Assembly (NCBI GenBank): GCA_965223705.1
Contig: OZ245015.1
Span: 1,760,001-1,824,000 of the forward strand
Direction of reading: 5' to 3'
DNA length: 64,000 nucleotides
Source: Myxococcota bacterium
Lineage (GTDB): Bacteria; Myxococcota_A; UBA9160; UBA6930
Shown in pieces: positions 1-9,259 of this stretch. A program made the position numbers and the translations under genes. Each line of letters starts with the position of its first letter. The first letter of the stretch is position 1. Under the pieces are notes generated by a model that made no database searches, was not told where the DNA came from, and saw nothing but the letters and a program-made list of their open reading frames with translations.

Positions 1-535
1 ACACCGGCGGGCGCGGGCGCTGAAACGGTTTCGGCGTCATGCGGACTCGGTCGTATTCAAAGAACTCTCCCTTGAAGGAGAACTCCTCTTGTGTCCAGCA
101 ACCTTCGATGACCTCCATCGCTTCTTCGAAGCGGCGACCGCGTTTTTCAAAGGGCACGCCGAAATGACGGAAATAGTCCGCGTGGTAGCCCACGCCCGCG
201 CCAAACGTGAGGCGTCCGCGGGATAAGTTGTCCACCGCGGCCAACTGCTCAGCGAGATGCACGGGATGGTGGAAGGTCGGCATCATGACGGTCGGAGCGA
301 TCTGAACCCGCGACGTTCGAGCGGCAAGCGCTATCAGGTAGGAAATCGCGCTCGGCCAGTAGGTCTCGCTCCGAGAATGGCGTTCGGGGATCCAGATGCC
401 GTCGAATCCGACGCGCTCCGCCAACTCGGCTTCTTCCAGGCACTGATCCATCGCGTCGGCGACGTCTTCGGGATCGGGCGTTCCGGGCTGGTTGTAGATT
501 CCGAAATGCGTATCGGGCATGTAAGCGAACTTCAT
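1..535 (-). CDS. LLM-class (luciferase-like) flavin-dependent oxidoreductase, 5' part (runs off the window start)
   Basis: Manual translation, not in the ORF track: MKFAYMPDTHFG...AELAERVGFDGIWIPERH...HPVHLAEQLAAVDNLSRGRLTFGAGVGY...PKPFQRPRPP. GGGAGA precedes the ATG. Confidence 0.9.
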   Translation of the reverse strand, partial: MKFAYMPDTHFGIYNQPGTPDPEDVADAMDQCLEEAELAERVGFDGIWIPERHSRSETYWPSAISYLIALAARTSRVQIAPTVMMPTFHHPVHLAEQLAAVDNLSRGRLTFGAGVGYHADYFRHFGVPFEKRGRRFEEAMEVIEGCWTQEEFSFKGEFFEYDRVRMTPKPFQRPRPPV

Positions 536-548
536 CGCGACGTCTCCC

Positions 549-653
549 CTAGAGCTTCTTGCCAAAGAGCGCGATTTCGACGAGTGCAGTGTCGGCATAC
601 TCCCCCGTGCCCTGGATGAGTCCGTCGACTTGCCGGTTGCTGATCTCGGACAT
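549..653 (-). CDS. Small 34-aa ORF (MSEISNRQVDGLIQGTGEYADTALVEIALFGKKL), function unknown
   Basis: Strong SD (GGAGG-aaattgaa-ATG), TACACT -10-like hexamer just upstream, and a stop 13 nt before the LLM start codon. Confidence 0.55.
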   Translation of the reverse strand: MSEISNRQVDGLIQGTGEYADTALVEIALFGKKL

Positions 654-744
654 TTCAATTTCCTCCAGGGCCAGAGTGTAAGGCGAAAGGCGCTTTTACC
701 GTCCCTTTACAAACCGATGACCCGCGCGGGTGTCTCTCCCGGGG

Positions 745-1683
745 ATGACCGACCCGCGCAACTATCAAATCGCCGTTCTCGGATCGCTGCTGGCCTACGG
801 CGTGTTCGGGCTCTCCTTCGATATCGCGCTCTGGACTTTGCCCGTCGTCCTCGGCGCGGCATGGGCGACCGAAGCCACGGGAGCGGCGATCACGGGGCGC
901 CGCTTCGATCCACGAAGTCCGTGTATCTCTTCGCTTTCGCTGTGTCTCCTCCTGCGGGCGGAGAGCGCCTGGATCTACGCGGGCATCGCCGCGGTCACCA
1001 TCGGGAGCAAGTACGTCCTACGCGTGCGGGGCAAGCACGTCTTCAACCCGACGAACTTCGGACTCGTCGCGGCCCTCATGATGAGCGACCGCGCCTGGGT
1101 GTCCGCCGGCCAGTGGGGGAGCGCAGCGTGGTTCGCGCTCCTTCTCGCGTGTGCCGGCCAGTGCGTGGTACAGCGGGCCGAGCGCTCCGATGTCACCTGG
1201 GCGTTCCTCGTCTTCTTCACCGCCTTGACCTTTGGCCGGGCGGCTTGGTTGGGCGATCCCTTCACGATCCCGTGGCACGCGCTTCAGAGCGGAGCGCTCC
1301 TCATCTTCGCGTTCTTCATGATTTCCGATCCCCGCACGACGCCGTCGACGCGTGTCGGACGGATCGTCTTCGCCGGCCTCGTCGCCTGCGGAGGGTTCGC
1401 CGTCCAGTACGGCTTGTACCGACCCAACGGCTTACTCGGCGCGCTGGCGGTGGCCGCATTGTGCGTCCCCGCGATCGACCGGTGCCTCCCGGGTCACGAA
1501 TTCACGTGGCGCAGAAACAAGGAGAATCCTCATGTGGAAACAATTGAAAGTCATCGTTTTGGCAGCGGTTTTTGCACTAGTGGCGCCCTCGGCAGACGCC
1601 TTCGCGTTCTGCGGCTTCTACGTGGCCAAGGCGGACACCAAGATCTTCAACGAAGCCTCGCAGGTCGTGTTGGTTCGGGATGA
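745..1683 (+). CDS. RnfD/NqrB-like integral membrane protein
   Basis: Multiple hydrophobic segments; family motifs KHVFNPTNFG and FFMISDPRTTP. Confidence 0.8.
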   Translation: MTDPRNYQIAVLGSLLAYGVFGLSFDIALWTLPVVLGAAWATEATGAAITGRRFDPRSPCISSLSLCLLLRAESAWIYAGIAAVTIGSKYVLRVRGKHVFNPTNFGLVAALMMSDRAWVSAGQWGSAAWFALLLACAGQCVVQRAERSDVTWAFLVFFTALTFGRAAWLGDPFTIPWHALQSGALLIFAFFMISDPRTTPSTRVGRIVFAGLVACGGFAVQYGLYRPNGLLGALAVAALCVPAIDRCLPGHEFTWRRNKENPHVETIESHRFGSGFCTSGALGRRLRVLRLLRGQGGHQDLQRSLAGRVGSG

Positions 1684-2899
1684 GAACCGAACCGTCGTCA
1701 CCATGGTGAACGATTTCAGCGGATCGCCGGAAGCGTTCGCGATGGTCGTGCCGGTGCCGACCGTTCTCGAGGAAGGGCAGATTCACGTCGGGGACAAGAG
1801 CGTCGTCGATCACCTGGATGCCTATACAGCGCCTCGTCTCGTCGAATACTACGACGACGATCCTTGCGCGCCGAAACGCTGGGCACTGGAAGCGTTGCAG
1901 AGCAAGAGCCCACTTCCCGCAGCCACGGCGGATCTCGGACGGAACCGGGCGCTCGGCGTTACGGTGGAGGCGTCCTACACGGTCGGGGAATACGACATCC
2001 AGTTGTTGTCGGCGAAAGAGAGCCGTGGGCTCGAGACGTGGCTTATCGAGAACGGCTACCGATTGCCGCCCGGCGCATCGCGCGTGCTCGGTAGCTACCT
2101 CCGACAGGGTATGCACTTCTTCGTCGCGAAGGTGAACCTCGGGGAGCAGGCCAAGCTCGGGTCGCAGCGTCTCCGACCGATCCAGATCGCTTACGAGTCT
2201 CCGAAGTTCATGCTCCCGATTCGTCTGGGGACGCTCAACGCGAAAGGACAGCAGGAACTCTTCGTCTACGCCCTGACGCGAACTGGACGAGTCGAGACCA
2301 CGAATTACCGCACGGTTCGGCTTCCGAGCGACGTCGACGTCCCGATCCACGTCAAAGACCGGTTTGCCGATTTCTACCGGGCCATGTTCGCCGAGCAGAC
2401 GAGGCGAGAGAGCGGTCGCGCCGTATTTCTCGAGTACGCCTGGGACATGAACTGGTGCGACCCCTGCGCGTCCGATCCGCTCAGCCGCGACGAGCTCCGC
2501 CAGCTCGGCGTGTTCTGGCTCGGCGACGAAGGGCGCGCGAATCGGATCGCTCCGGGCGGTGCTGAAAACGTCTTCGTGACGCGCCTGCACGTCCGCTACG
2601 ACGCCGAGTACTTTCCGGAAGATCTCGTATTTCAAGAGACAGGCGACCGCAGCAATTTTCAGGGGCGCTACGTCATGCGCCACGCATTCACCGGGAAGCT
2701 CGACTGCGCAGCGGCGGACGACTACATCCGAGCCGTCAACACGCGGCGTGACCGTGAAGCCACGACGCTGGCGACCCTCACCGGTTGGGACGTCGCCGCG
2801 ATTCGGGACGAGGTACGCCGCATGTTCCCGGCGATGTTGCCTGTCGAGGCCGTCTCCGACCGGAGCTGGTGGGAACGTCTGTGGGGCGCAAAGCCGTGA
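1532..2899 (+). CDS. DUF2330-family exported protein
   Basis: AAGGAG SD before ATG 1532; signal peptide ending AFA followed by FCGFYVAKAD; YAWDMNWCDPC and FVTRLHVRY motifs. Confidence 0.85.
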   Translation: MWKQLKVIVLAAVFALVAPSADAFAFCGFYVAKADTKIFNEASQVVLVRDENRTVVTMVNDFSGSPEAFAMVVPVPTVLEEGQIHVGDKSVVDHLDAYTAPRLVEYYDDDPCAPKRWALEALQSKSPLPAATADLGRNRALGVTVEASYTVGEYDIQLLSAKESRGLETWLIENGYRLPPGASRVLGSYLRQGMHFFVAKVNLGEQAKLGSQRLRPIQIAYESPKFMLPIRLGTLNAKGQQELFVYALTRTGRVETTNYRTVRLPSDVDVPIHVKDRFADFYRAMFAEQTRRESGRAVFLEYAWDMNWCDPCASDPLSRDELRQLGVFWLGDEGRANRIAPGGAENVFVTRLHVRYDAEYFPEDLVFQETGDRSNFQGRYVMRHAFTGKLDCAAADDYIRAVNTRRDREATTLATLTGWDVAAIRDEVRRMFPAMLPVEAVSDRSWWERLWGAKP

Positions 2900-2912
2900 T
2901 CGCACTCGGTGT

Positions 2913-4343
2913 TCAGCGGCGGCTTGCTGTGAGCTTGAACCCGGCGAGCACGAGGAGGTTCGCGACGAGACCGAGCGTACCGGCGTGCACCCCGTAGACC
3001 ACCGGAGCACCGAAGGCGGCAAGGCCGATGCCGACGGCGGTCCCGACACAAAGTCCCATCAGCAACGCTCGCGCCGGCACCGCGAAGCCCCGGGAGGCGA
3101 CGACGAGTGCCGGCGCGCACTGGACGAGGAGCTCCATCTTGAGCTCGAGCAGTCGCCAAAGCGTCAGTCGCGGCTGCAACGCGATCAGCGTGACGACGGC
3201 CATCACACCGAGGGCGACCCATTTTCCTCGGCGTGTTGTGCGCGGATCGTCGGGCGGCGCGTCCGCGACGTCGCGAACGGCGACGGAGGACAACGACAAC
3301 AAGATCGAATCCGCCGTCGACATGATCGCGGCCAGCGCTGCGACGAAGACCCAGGTTGCCAAGTAGGGAGATCCGTCGCCGTGCTCGGCCCAACTCTCGA
3401 GAAGCCGAGGAAGCACCTGATCGGCCTCGAGCTGACCCAACTCGCGCAAGTAAGGAATTGCCGCTACGCCGATCAAGGAGATCGTCCCCGTCATGAAGAG
3501 CGACAAGAAGCCCATCCATCCGAGGGCGCGCTTGTACGTTGTCGCGCTTTTCGCGGCAAAGATCCGCTGAATCGCGTGGGGGTAGGACATCGCTCCGAGA
3601 CTGACGAGCACGACGATGCTGATGGCGTTGATCGTCGTCTCGAGGGGTGGTGTCGCGACCGCTTCGGGGCGAACCACAGCGATCCGATCCGAGAGACCGG
3701 CGAGACCGCCCGAGGCGTTCAGGAACCAAGCGAGAAGGAGCGCGATACCGCCGAACAAGAGCGCCCCTTGGAGTGCATCGCTCCAGGCGACCGCCCGCAT
3801 TCCGCCGACGTTCTCATAGCCCGCGATCACCACCGCGAAGAGAAGCACGCCTGCCGCATACGGTAAGGCGCCGCCGGTAACGGCCTCGGTGACGTGGCCC
3901 AGCGCGACGAGTTGAGCGAGGAGAAAATTCGCGAGAGCGGCTGTCATGAGGAGGCCCACGCAACGTCGCAGCGACTCGCCTTCATTGCCGTAGCGAAAGC
4001 GGAAGAGATCGCCCGGGGTGACGAATCGATGCCGAACCGCCAGGGGACGGAGTCGCGGCGCGATCAGATGGAACGCGACGAAAACCATCAAGACCAGGCC
4101 CGCCGAGAGGAGAAACGGAAAACCCCTTCGATAAGCGGCACCTGGAAAACCCATGATGAGGTTGCCGCTGTGCGCGGTGGCGTAGATCGTCATCAGCAGG
4201 ACGACGAAGCCCAAGTTTCGCCCGGCCAACACGTGGTCGGCGGGCAGGGGGTCGCGGCGCGCGCGGCGAGCGAAGACCGCGACGACGGCGAGAACGAGCA
4301 GGTAGATCCCGATCGCCGCGAAACCCAGGGCGCCGAAGCTCAC
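2913..4343 (-). CDS. Sodium:solute symporter family protein
   Basis: Many TM helices; LAGRNLG, GGMRAVAWSDALQG and AAIMSTADS motifs. Confidence 0.9.
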   Translation of the reverse strand: MSFGALGFAAIGIYLLVLAVVAVFARRARRDPLPADHVLAGRNLGFVVLLMTIYATAHSGNLIMGFPGAAYRRGFPFLLSAGLVLMVFVAFHLIAPRLRPLAVRHRFVTPGDLFRFRYGNEGESLRRCVGLLMTAALANFLLAQLVALGHVTEAVTGGALPYAAGVLLFAVVIAGYENVGGMRAVAWSDALQGALLFGGIALLLAWFLNASGGLAGLSDRIAVVRPEAVATPPLETTINAISIVVLVSLGAMSYPHAIQRIFAAKSATTYKRALGWMGFLSLFMTGTISLIGVAAIPYLRELGQLEADQVLPRLLESWAEHGDGSPYLATWVFVAALAAIMSTADSILLSLSSVAVRDVADAPPDDPRTTRRGKWVALGVMAVVTLIALQPRLTLWRLLELKMELLVQCAPALVVASRGFAVPARALLMGLCVGTAVGIGLAAFGAPVVYGVHAGTLGLVANLLVLAGFKLTASRR

Positions 4344-4561
4344 GGCGGCTCCTCGCTGTCATCGTCCCAATCGGATCTCCACCAGGCCGCTGCGTTCAAG
4401 CAGGCGATGGCAAAGAAACACACGATCGCGACGACGATCCAGTCGGGAAGCCCCCACCACACTCGAGGAGGCGCCGCCGGGTCGCGGTACCAGGGCAAAC
4501 CGATGGCGACGAATACGGCCATTCCGAGAAACAGCCACCGATTGCGTCGGTCCGACGCCAC
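4340..4561 (-). CDS. Small two-TM membrane protein, likely SSS accessory subunit (DUF3311/DUF997-like)
   Basis: 73 aa, two hydrophobic helices with WGLPDW; 4-nt overlap with the SSS gene. Confidence 0.75.
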   Translation of the reverse strand: MASDRRNRWLFLGMAVFVAIGLPWYRDPAAPPRVWWGLPDWIVVAIVCFFAIACLNAAAWWRSDWDDDSEEPP

Positions 4562-4569
4562 GGGCTGGC

Positions 4570-5796
4570 CTAGAGATACCGGGCGAGAAACGGTTCCGGA
4601 TCGATCGCGCCGGTCTCGGTCAACAAGACCTCAGGGCGCTGGTGCCGCAGGGCGATCGCCCTGCGCGCTTCGTTCGGCGGCGGCGGTCCGCAGTAGGCGC
4701 CGAGATCCCGGCCCCAATCGACGGTCGCCTGCCCGTAGGCCAGGCGGTCGCGTTCCCAGTGCCCGAGATCGTTCGAACCCAGCACGGTCGCGAGCGACAC
4801 CGCGTCTTCCGCAGCTTTTGAGACGCCCAAACCCACGTGGGGGCGGGCGGTGAACGCGGCGTCGCCGATCACGATGACACGGTCGAACACCAGGCGATCC
4901 GAAGCGACTTCGTAGACGCCCTGCAGAAACGGGCGCTCGGTGACCCCGATGATGGACTGAATCTGCGGGGCCAGCTGTTCCTTCGCTTGGCTTCGCAGGT
5001 GATCGACCCAGACGGCGCGTACCCGATCGTGGGGAATGCCATTTGGATGAAACACGCCGTCGTCGTCGGTCAGGTAGTCGTTGAAAAGCGATTCTGGGGC
5101 GGTTCGATACCAGCCCCAGTTATAGCGACGCGAACCGACTTCTGTTTCGTCGTCGCGTCCGGCGACGACATAGCCGAGCCAATGCCCCCCGGGCGCCATT
5201 TGGAGGGTCAGCTGGGGAGCGAATTGAGCGAGGACTTCGGGGTCGACCAGGGTTTCGGAAAAGAGTCCGCGCCAGATGAAATAGCCGCAGTAGTCGAGGG
5301 TCGTCTCGGGTGCCACCAGCGAGCGAACCGTCGAGCGCGCACCGTCCGCCGCAATCAGCCAGTCCACCTCGACGTGCGCTCCGCCTGCGAAGTGCGCGAC
5401 GACAGCGTCGCCTCGTGGTTCCACCCCGACCACCGCACGGTCCTCGTGGTAACACGCGTCCGGAACCCGGTCGCGCAAGAATCGGTAGATGAGGCCCCAC
5501 GAGGTCATGATCTGGGGTGCGTCGACGCTCGCGATCTTCTCCCCCGAGATATCGAGCATCAGGCGTCCTTGCGACGGAACCCCCATCGCGTCGCGGAGCT
5601 CGAGCCCCGCGTAGCGCATCGAGTCGTAGAGCGGCTCGTGCGTGGCGATACCGGCCCCGCGGTTGGCCAGTACGTCGCCGGCGCGCTCGTAGATCTCGAC
5701 TTCCCAGCCTTGTTGTCGCAGCGCCAAAGCGGCAAAGAGACCCGCCATCGAGCCACCGACGATGGCGACGCGTCCCTGGGTGCCCGGCTCGGTCAC
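4570..5796 (-). CDS. FAD-dependent monooxygenase (2,6-dihydroxypyridine hydroxylase-like)
   Basis: GGSMAG dinucleotide motif, ADGARS, YFIWRG, RYNWGWY, GDAAFTARPH. Confidence 0.85.
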   Translation of the reverse strand: MTEPGTQGRVAIVGGSMAGLFAALALRQQGWEVEIYERAGDVLANRGAGIATHEPLYDSMRYAGLELRDAMGVPSQGRLMLDISGEKIASVDAPQIMTSWGLIYRFLRDRVPDACYHEDRAVVGVEPRGDAVVAHFAGGAHVEVDWLIAADGARSTVRSLVAPETTLDYCGYFIWRGLFSETLVDPEVLAQFAPQLTLQMAPGGHWLGYVVAGRDDETEVGSRRYNWGWYRTAPESLFNDYLTDDDGVFHPNGIPHDRVRAVWVDHLRSQAKEQLAPQIQSIIGVTERPFLQGVYEVASDRLVFDRVIVIGDAAFTARPHVGLGVSKAAEDAVSLATVLGSNDLGHWERDRLAYGQATVDWGRDLGAYCGPPPPNEARRAIALRHQRPEVLLTETGAIDPEPFLARYL

Positions 5797-7145
5797 GAGG
5801 CGAACATTTCAACCGGCGCACCGGTGATCGCGGCAGCCTTACTCGGCGTCAGGTTGACGTCGAGTTCTTTCGCGCGCGCCAAATGGCGCTTCGCTTCATC
5901 GACACGACCTTGAAGGCTCCGGAGCACGACGAGCTGAAGCTCTGCGGGTATGAACTTCGGGTCGTACTTGAGCGCGCGCACGAACTCCGTATCGGCCTGA
6001 TCGATCTGACGGCTCGCCATGTACCCGCAACCGAGCGCATAGATCCAAAAGCCCAGGCCCGGGTCTTTCGGGCTGAGTTCGATGGAGCGCTTCAGTTCCG
6101 GAATGCCCTCGTCGGGACGCCGTTGCAGGATGAGCGCCGCACCGAGTGCAGCGTGCGCTTGCGCGTTGGACGGGTTGGTTTCGACCGCGCGTTCGAGGAG
6201 CGGCATACCGCGATCGAAGAATCCCAGATCGCAGAAAGTGCAGCCGGAGAAGCCGAGCACGTCCGAGGACCGGCTGTCGATCTCGATCGCTCGTTCGGCG
6301 AGCGTTAGGGCCTCTTCGCGGGTTTCCGGAGCGTCTTCGATCATTCCCTGGGTGATCGACAGCGCGATATTGAGAGCGAGTCGAGACTTGGCCAGCGCGA
6401 AGTCCGGATCGCGATCGATCGCTCGGCGCAAGTGCTCCTCGACCTTGCGAAAACCCTCGGCGTTAAAGCCCAGGGAATCGAGAGCCGCACTGGCCTGCTG
6501 GAAGTGATCCCACGCCGCGAGCTCGGTGTCCGGGAGGAGCGACACCCGGCGCACTTCGACCTGCCGCAGCTGTGTGCCGAGATGCGCGGCCGCCGCGGTT
6601 GCGAGATCGTCGATCGTGCGATCGATGTCGTCGATGGGACGATCGTACGCCTGCGTCCACTCACATTCGCCCTGGGCCGTAGAAACCAAATCGACGTCGA
6701 CGACGACCTGATCGCCTCGGATGCGCACCGTTCCGTCGACCGCGTAGCGAACCCCGAGCTCTTCTCCGATGGCCCGGTGATCGCGGGCTGGGCCGGCGAA
6801 CTGGAGCGCCGTTCCGTGCGCAATCACCGATACCCCCGTCGCCCGCGCCAGCCGCGCGTTGACCTCGCGGTGGACGATGTCCGCGAGAAACCGAGCGCGG
6901 GAACTCGACGTGTCTTCCCCGAGATGCCGAAAGGGGAGGACGACAACGCTCGGGGGTTCGAAACCCGCCTTCGTGTTGGGAGGCGCGGGCGCCGGCGCCG
7001 GCGTTGGCTCCGAGGGGGACCTGGGTCTGTTTCGGCGACGAAACGCGGAAAAGCCGAAAACGGCGACGCCGCCGAGCATTCCCAACACTTGAAGAATGCC
7101 CTCGTTGGCGTTTGCCCACGCTGCGACTGCGTCGAGGCCGTCCAC
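5793..7145 (-). CDS. Membrane-anchored TolB-N-like/TPR protein
   Basis: N-terminal TM helix, Pro-rich linker, SVVVLPF...IGEELGVRYAVDGTVR domain, then TPR repeats. Confidence 0.85.
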   Translation of the reverse strand: MDGLDAVAAWANANEGILQVLGMLGGVAVFGFSAFRRRNRPRSPSEPTPAPAPAPPNTKAGFEPPSVVVLPFRHLGEDTSSSRARFLADIVHREVNARLARATGVSVIAHGTALQFAGPARDHRAIGEELGVRYAVDGTVRIRGDQVVVDVDLVSTAQGECEWTQAYDRPIDDIDRTIDDLATAAAAHLGTQLRQVEVRRVSLLPDTELAAWDHFQQASAALDSLGFNAEGFRKVEEHLRRAIDRDPDFALAKSRLALNIALSITQGMIEDAPETREEALTLAERAIEIDSRSSDVLGFSGCTFCDLGFFDRGMPLLERAVETNPSNAQAHAALGAALILQRRPDEGIPELKRSIELSPKDPGLGFWIYALGCGYMASRQIDQADTEFVRALKYDPKFIPAELQLVVLRSLQGRVDEAKRHLARAKELDVNLTPSKAAAITGAPVEMFAS

Positions 7146-7155
7146 GACTGCGTCC

Positions 7156-7776
7156 TCAGGGGCCGGACCAACGGATGGAACAGATTTCCGCAGAGCGATC
7201 GTCGAGATTCCAAACGCGCCCGAAATCGCGGACTTTGGATTTCTGTCCGCGACCGATCACGATGCGATCGCTGACCCAGTAGGGCGAGTTCTCAATCGTG
7301 ACCGGCTCGCCGGGAGCGCTTCCGGGGATGGGAATGACGTTGCCCACGATCTTGTCGGCGGCGTTGATACGGCGGGTCTCGCCGCTTAGGTCGTAGCTCA
7401 CCGGGACCCGTTGCATTCCGAGGTAGTCCGACACGAGCAACGTGAGGAGACCCGAATTGCCCCGAGCCTGTCCCGTGAAAATCTGCTCGAGGGCTTCGGC
7501 TTGATCGTCGTCGGCGCGGTCGTCGACGTAGAGCGCGACCGTCCAGCCGCCTTCGGACATCCTCCCCGGGATGTCGAGCAAATGCACCACGTTTAGGCCG
7601 GAGAGATCGATGTCTCCGTAGCTCCCGGCATCGACCCGCGTCGCCATGAACGCCTGGCAATACCCCTGAGTCGGTTGTGCACGGCCCAGTGACACCACGC
7701 AGGGACAAAACACATCGCAGTTGCAGTTGACGACGATTTCACCTTCGATCGTCCACGGTTCTACGCTCGTACCCAA
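7156..7776 (-). CDS. DUF1326 domain protein
   Basis: NCNCDVFCPC Cys cluster, DLSGL, YVDDRADDDQ motifs. Confidence 0.85.
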   Translation of the reverse strand: MGTSVEPWTIEGEIVVNCNCDVFCPCVVSLGRAQPTQGYCQAFMATRVDAGSYGDIDLSGLNVVHLLDIPGRMSEGGWTVALYVDDRADDDQAEALEQIFTGQARGNSGLLTLLVSDYLGMQRVPVSYDLSGETRRINAADKIVGNVIPIPGSAPGEPVTIENSPYWVSDRIVIGRGQKSKVRDFGRVWNLDDRSAEICSIRWSGP

Positions 7777-7792
7777 TGGCGCCTCCAGGGCT

Positions 7793-8554
7793 TTACACGA
7801 GTTGACGGGCGGAGACGGCGACTCCGGCCGCGATCAGCATAGCTCCCACGGCTCGGCTCCACAGCTCGGGCGCGGGCAAGACGCGCTCGGCAACGCAGTA
7901 CGCCGCAATCGCGATCATGCCCCATAGAGCCATGATTCCGAACACGAACATGAGCCCCATCAACGCGATGCAGCATCCGACGCAGTAAACGCCATGGCGC
8001 GCGCCCAGGAGGAAACCGGCGGGGCCACCGCTCCTCCAATGCGCCAACAGAAATGCGATCGGCGAGCGGCAATGCCGCAGGCAGGCGTCTTTCATGGGCA
8101 GCCACTGGTAGATGCCCGCGACGATGAGGAGACACGCCGCCGTCCACGGTGCGGCGACGGTGCCGCCGGAGAGGAACCATTCGGTGTTGCGGAGCCCCAA
8201 CTGGAGGCCCGCCGCAGCGAGCGCAAAGGTCGACCAAACCGCGAAATAGCCCGCGGAAAACGCAATCGCGGCGACCCACCAGGGCACTCCTCCGGCGTCG
8301 CGCTGCGCGACGTCGCAGTACGCCGCGAGCATGGGCGCCATCGCGGGCAGCATCATCGCGAACATCATGAGGAGCCACATCCCCGCCGTCGAAGCGATGA
8401 GCGGCCCCGAAAGCGGGGGTGCCGCCATCGGTCCCATACCGCCGTGGTGCATGGACGACATGGCGCTGCCGAGCGCGAACCACGCCGCCAGCCCGATGAG
8501 ACTGAGTGTCGCCAAGGCGATGAGACGAGGATCGTCGACCCGAGGGCGCGGCAT
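7793..8554 (-). CDS. DUF2182 putative metal-binding membrane protein
   Basis: WLLMMFAMMLP, YQWLPMKDACLRHCRSP, YCVGCC motifs; start at MPRP chosen so it does not overlap dsbA. Confidence 0.85.
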   Translation of the reverse strand: MPRPRVDDPRLIALATLSLIGLAAWFALGSAMSSMHHGGMGPMAAPPLSGPLIASTAGMWLLMMFAMMLPAMAPMLAAYCDVAQRDAGGVPWWVAAIAFSAGYFAVWSTFALAAAGLQLGLRNTEWFLSGGTVAAPWTAACLLIVAGIYQWLPMKDACLRHCRSPIAFLLAHWRSGGPAGFLLGARHGVYCVGCCIALMGLMFVFGIMALWGMIAIAAYCVAERVLPAPELWSRAVGAMLIAAGVAVSARQLV

Positions 8555-8558
8555 CGAC

Positions 8559-9236
8559 CTACTCGGGGGCGGCCCCACCCACGGTTGTCGCACCGGCCTC
8601 GCCGATGGAGCGTTCGATGGCCTGACGCAGGACTTCGGGCGGTTGCGCACCGCCCAGGGCGTAGCGCCCACCCACGACGAAGAAGGGTACACCGCTTACG
8701 CCGAGCTGATGAGCCCGTGCCTCGTCTTCGCGAACTTCTTGCCCGTAGCGATCACTCGAGAGGACTTCATCGACTTCGCCGGTCGGAAGCGCGACGTCGC
8801 TCGCGGCCTGGGCCAGGACACCGCGATGACTGATCGCGTCGCCTTCCTCGAGGTAACGCTTGAACAGACGCTCCTTGAGTGCGGTTTGGACGCCGTGTTC
8901 TCGCGCCAAGTGCAGTAGGCGGTGAGCATCGAACGTGTTGCCCGGCCGGATGCGATCGAAGCGAAGGGAGACGCCTGCGTTTTCGCCGGCCCGGGTGATG
9001 CGATCGATCATCTCCTGCGCTTGCTCTTGCGGCACACCGTACTTCGCCGAAATGCGGGCGGCGTAGTCGACCGGTTCCTCGGGGCTAGGCGGTGCATTGG
9101 GATCGAGTTCGAAGGAGCGCCAGGTCACGTCGAGGACGATCTCGACGCCCTCGGCGGCTGCTTCGAGGTGGCGTTTTCCAATCCAACACCAAGGGCAGGC
9201 GACGTCGGACCAAATCTCAACCGGCAACACGTTCAT
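8559..9236 (-). CDS. DsbA/FrnE-family oxidoreductase
   Basis: SDVACPWCWIG, NTFDAHRL, GVPFF, GAQP. Confidence 0.92.
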   Translation of the reverse strand: MNVLPVEIWSDVACPWCWIGKRHLEAAAEGVEIVLDVTWRSFELDPNAPPSPEEPVDYAARISAKYGVPQEQAQEMIDRITRAGENAGVSLRFDRIRPGNTFDAHRLLHLAREHGVQTALKERLFKRYLEEGDAISHRGVLAQAASDVALPTGEVDEVLSSDRYGQEVREDEARAHQLGVSGVPFFVVGGRYALGGAQPPEVLRQAIERSIGEAGATTVGGAAPE

Positions 9237-9259
9237 CGTGGAAAGCTAGCACGGCGTTT

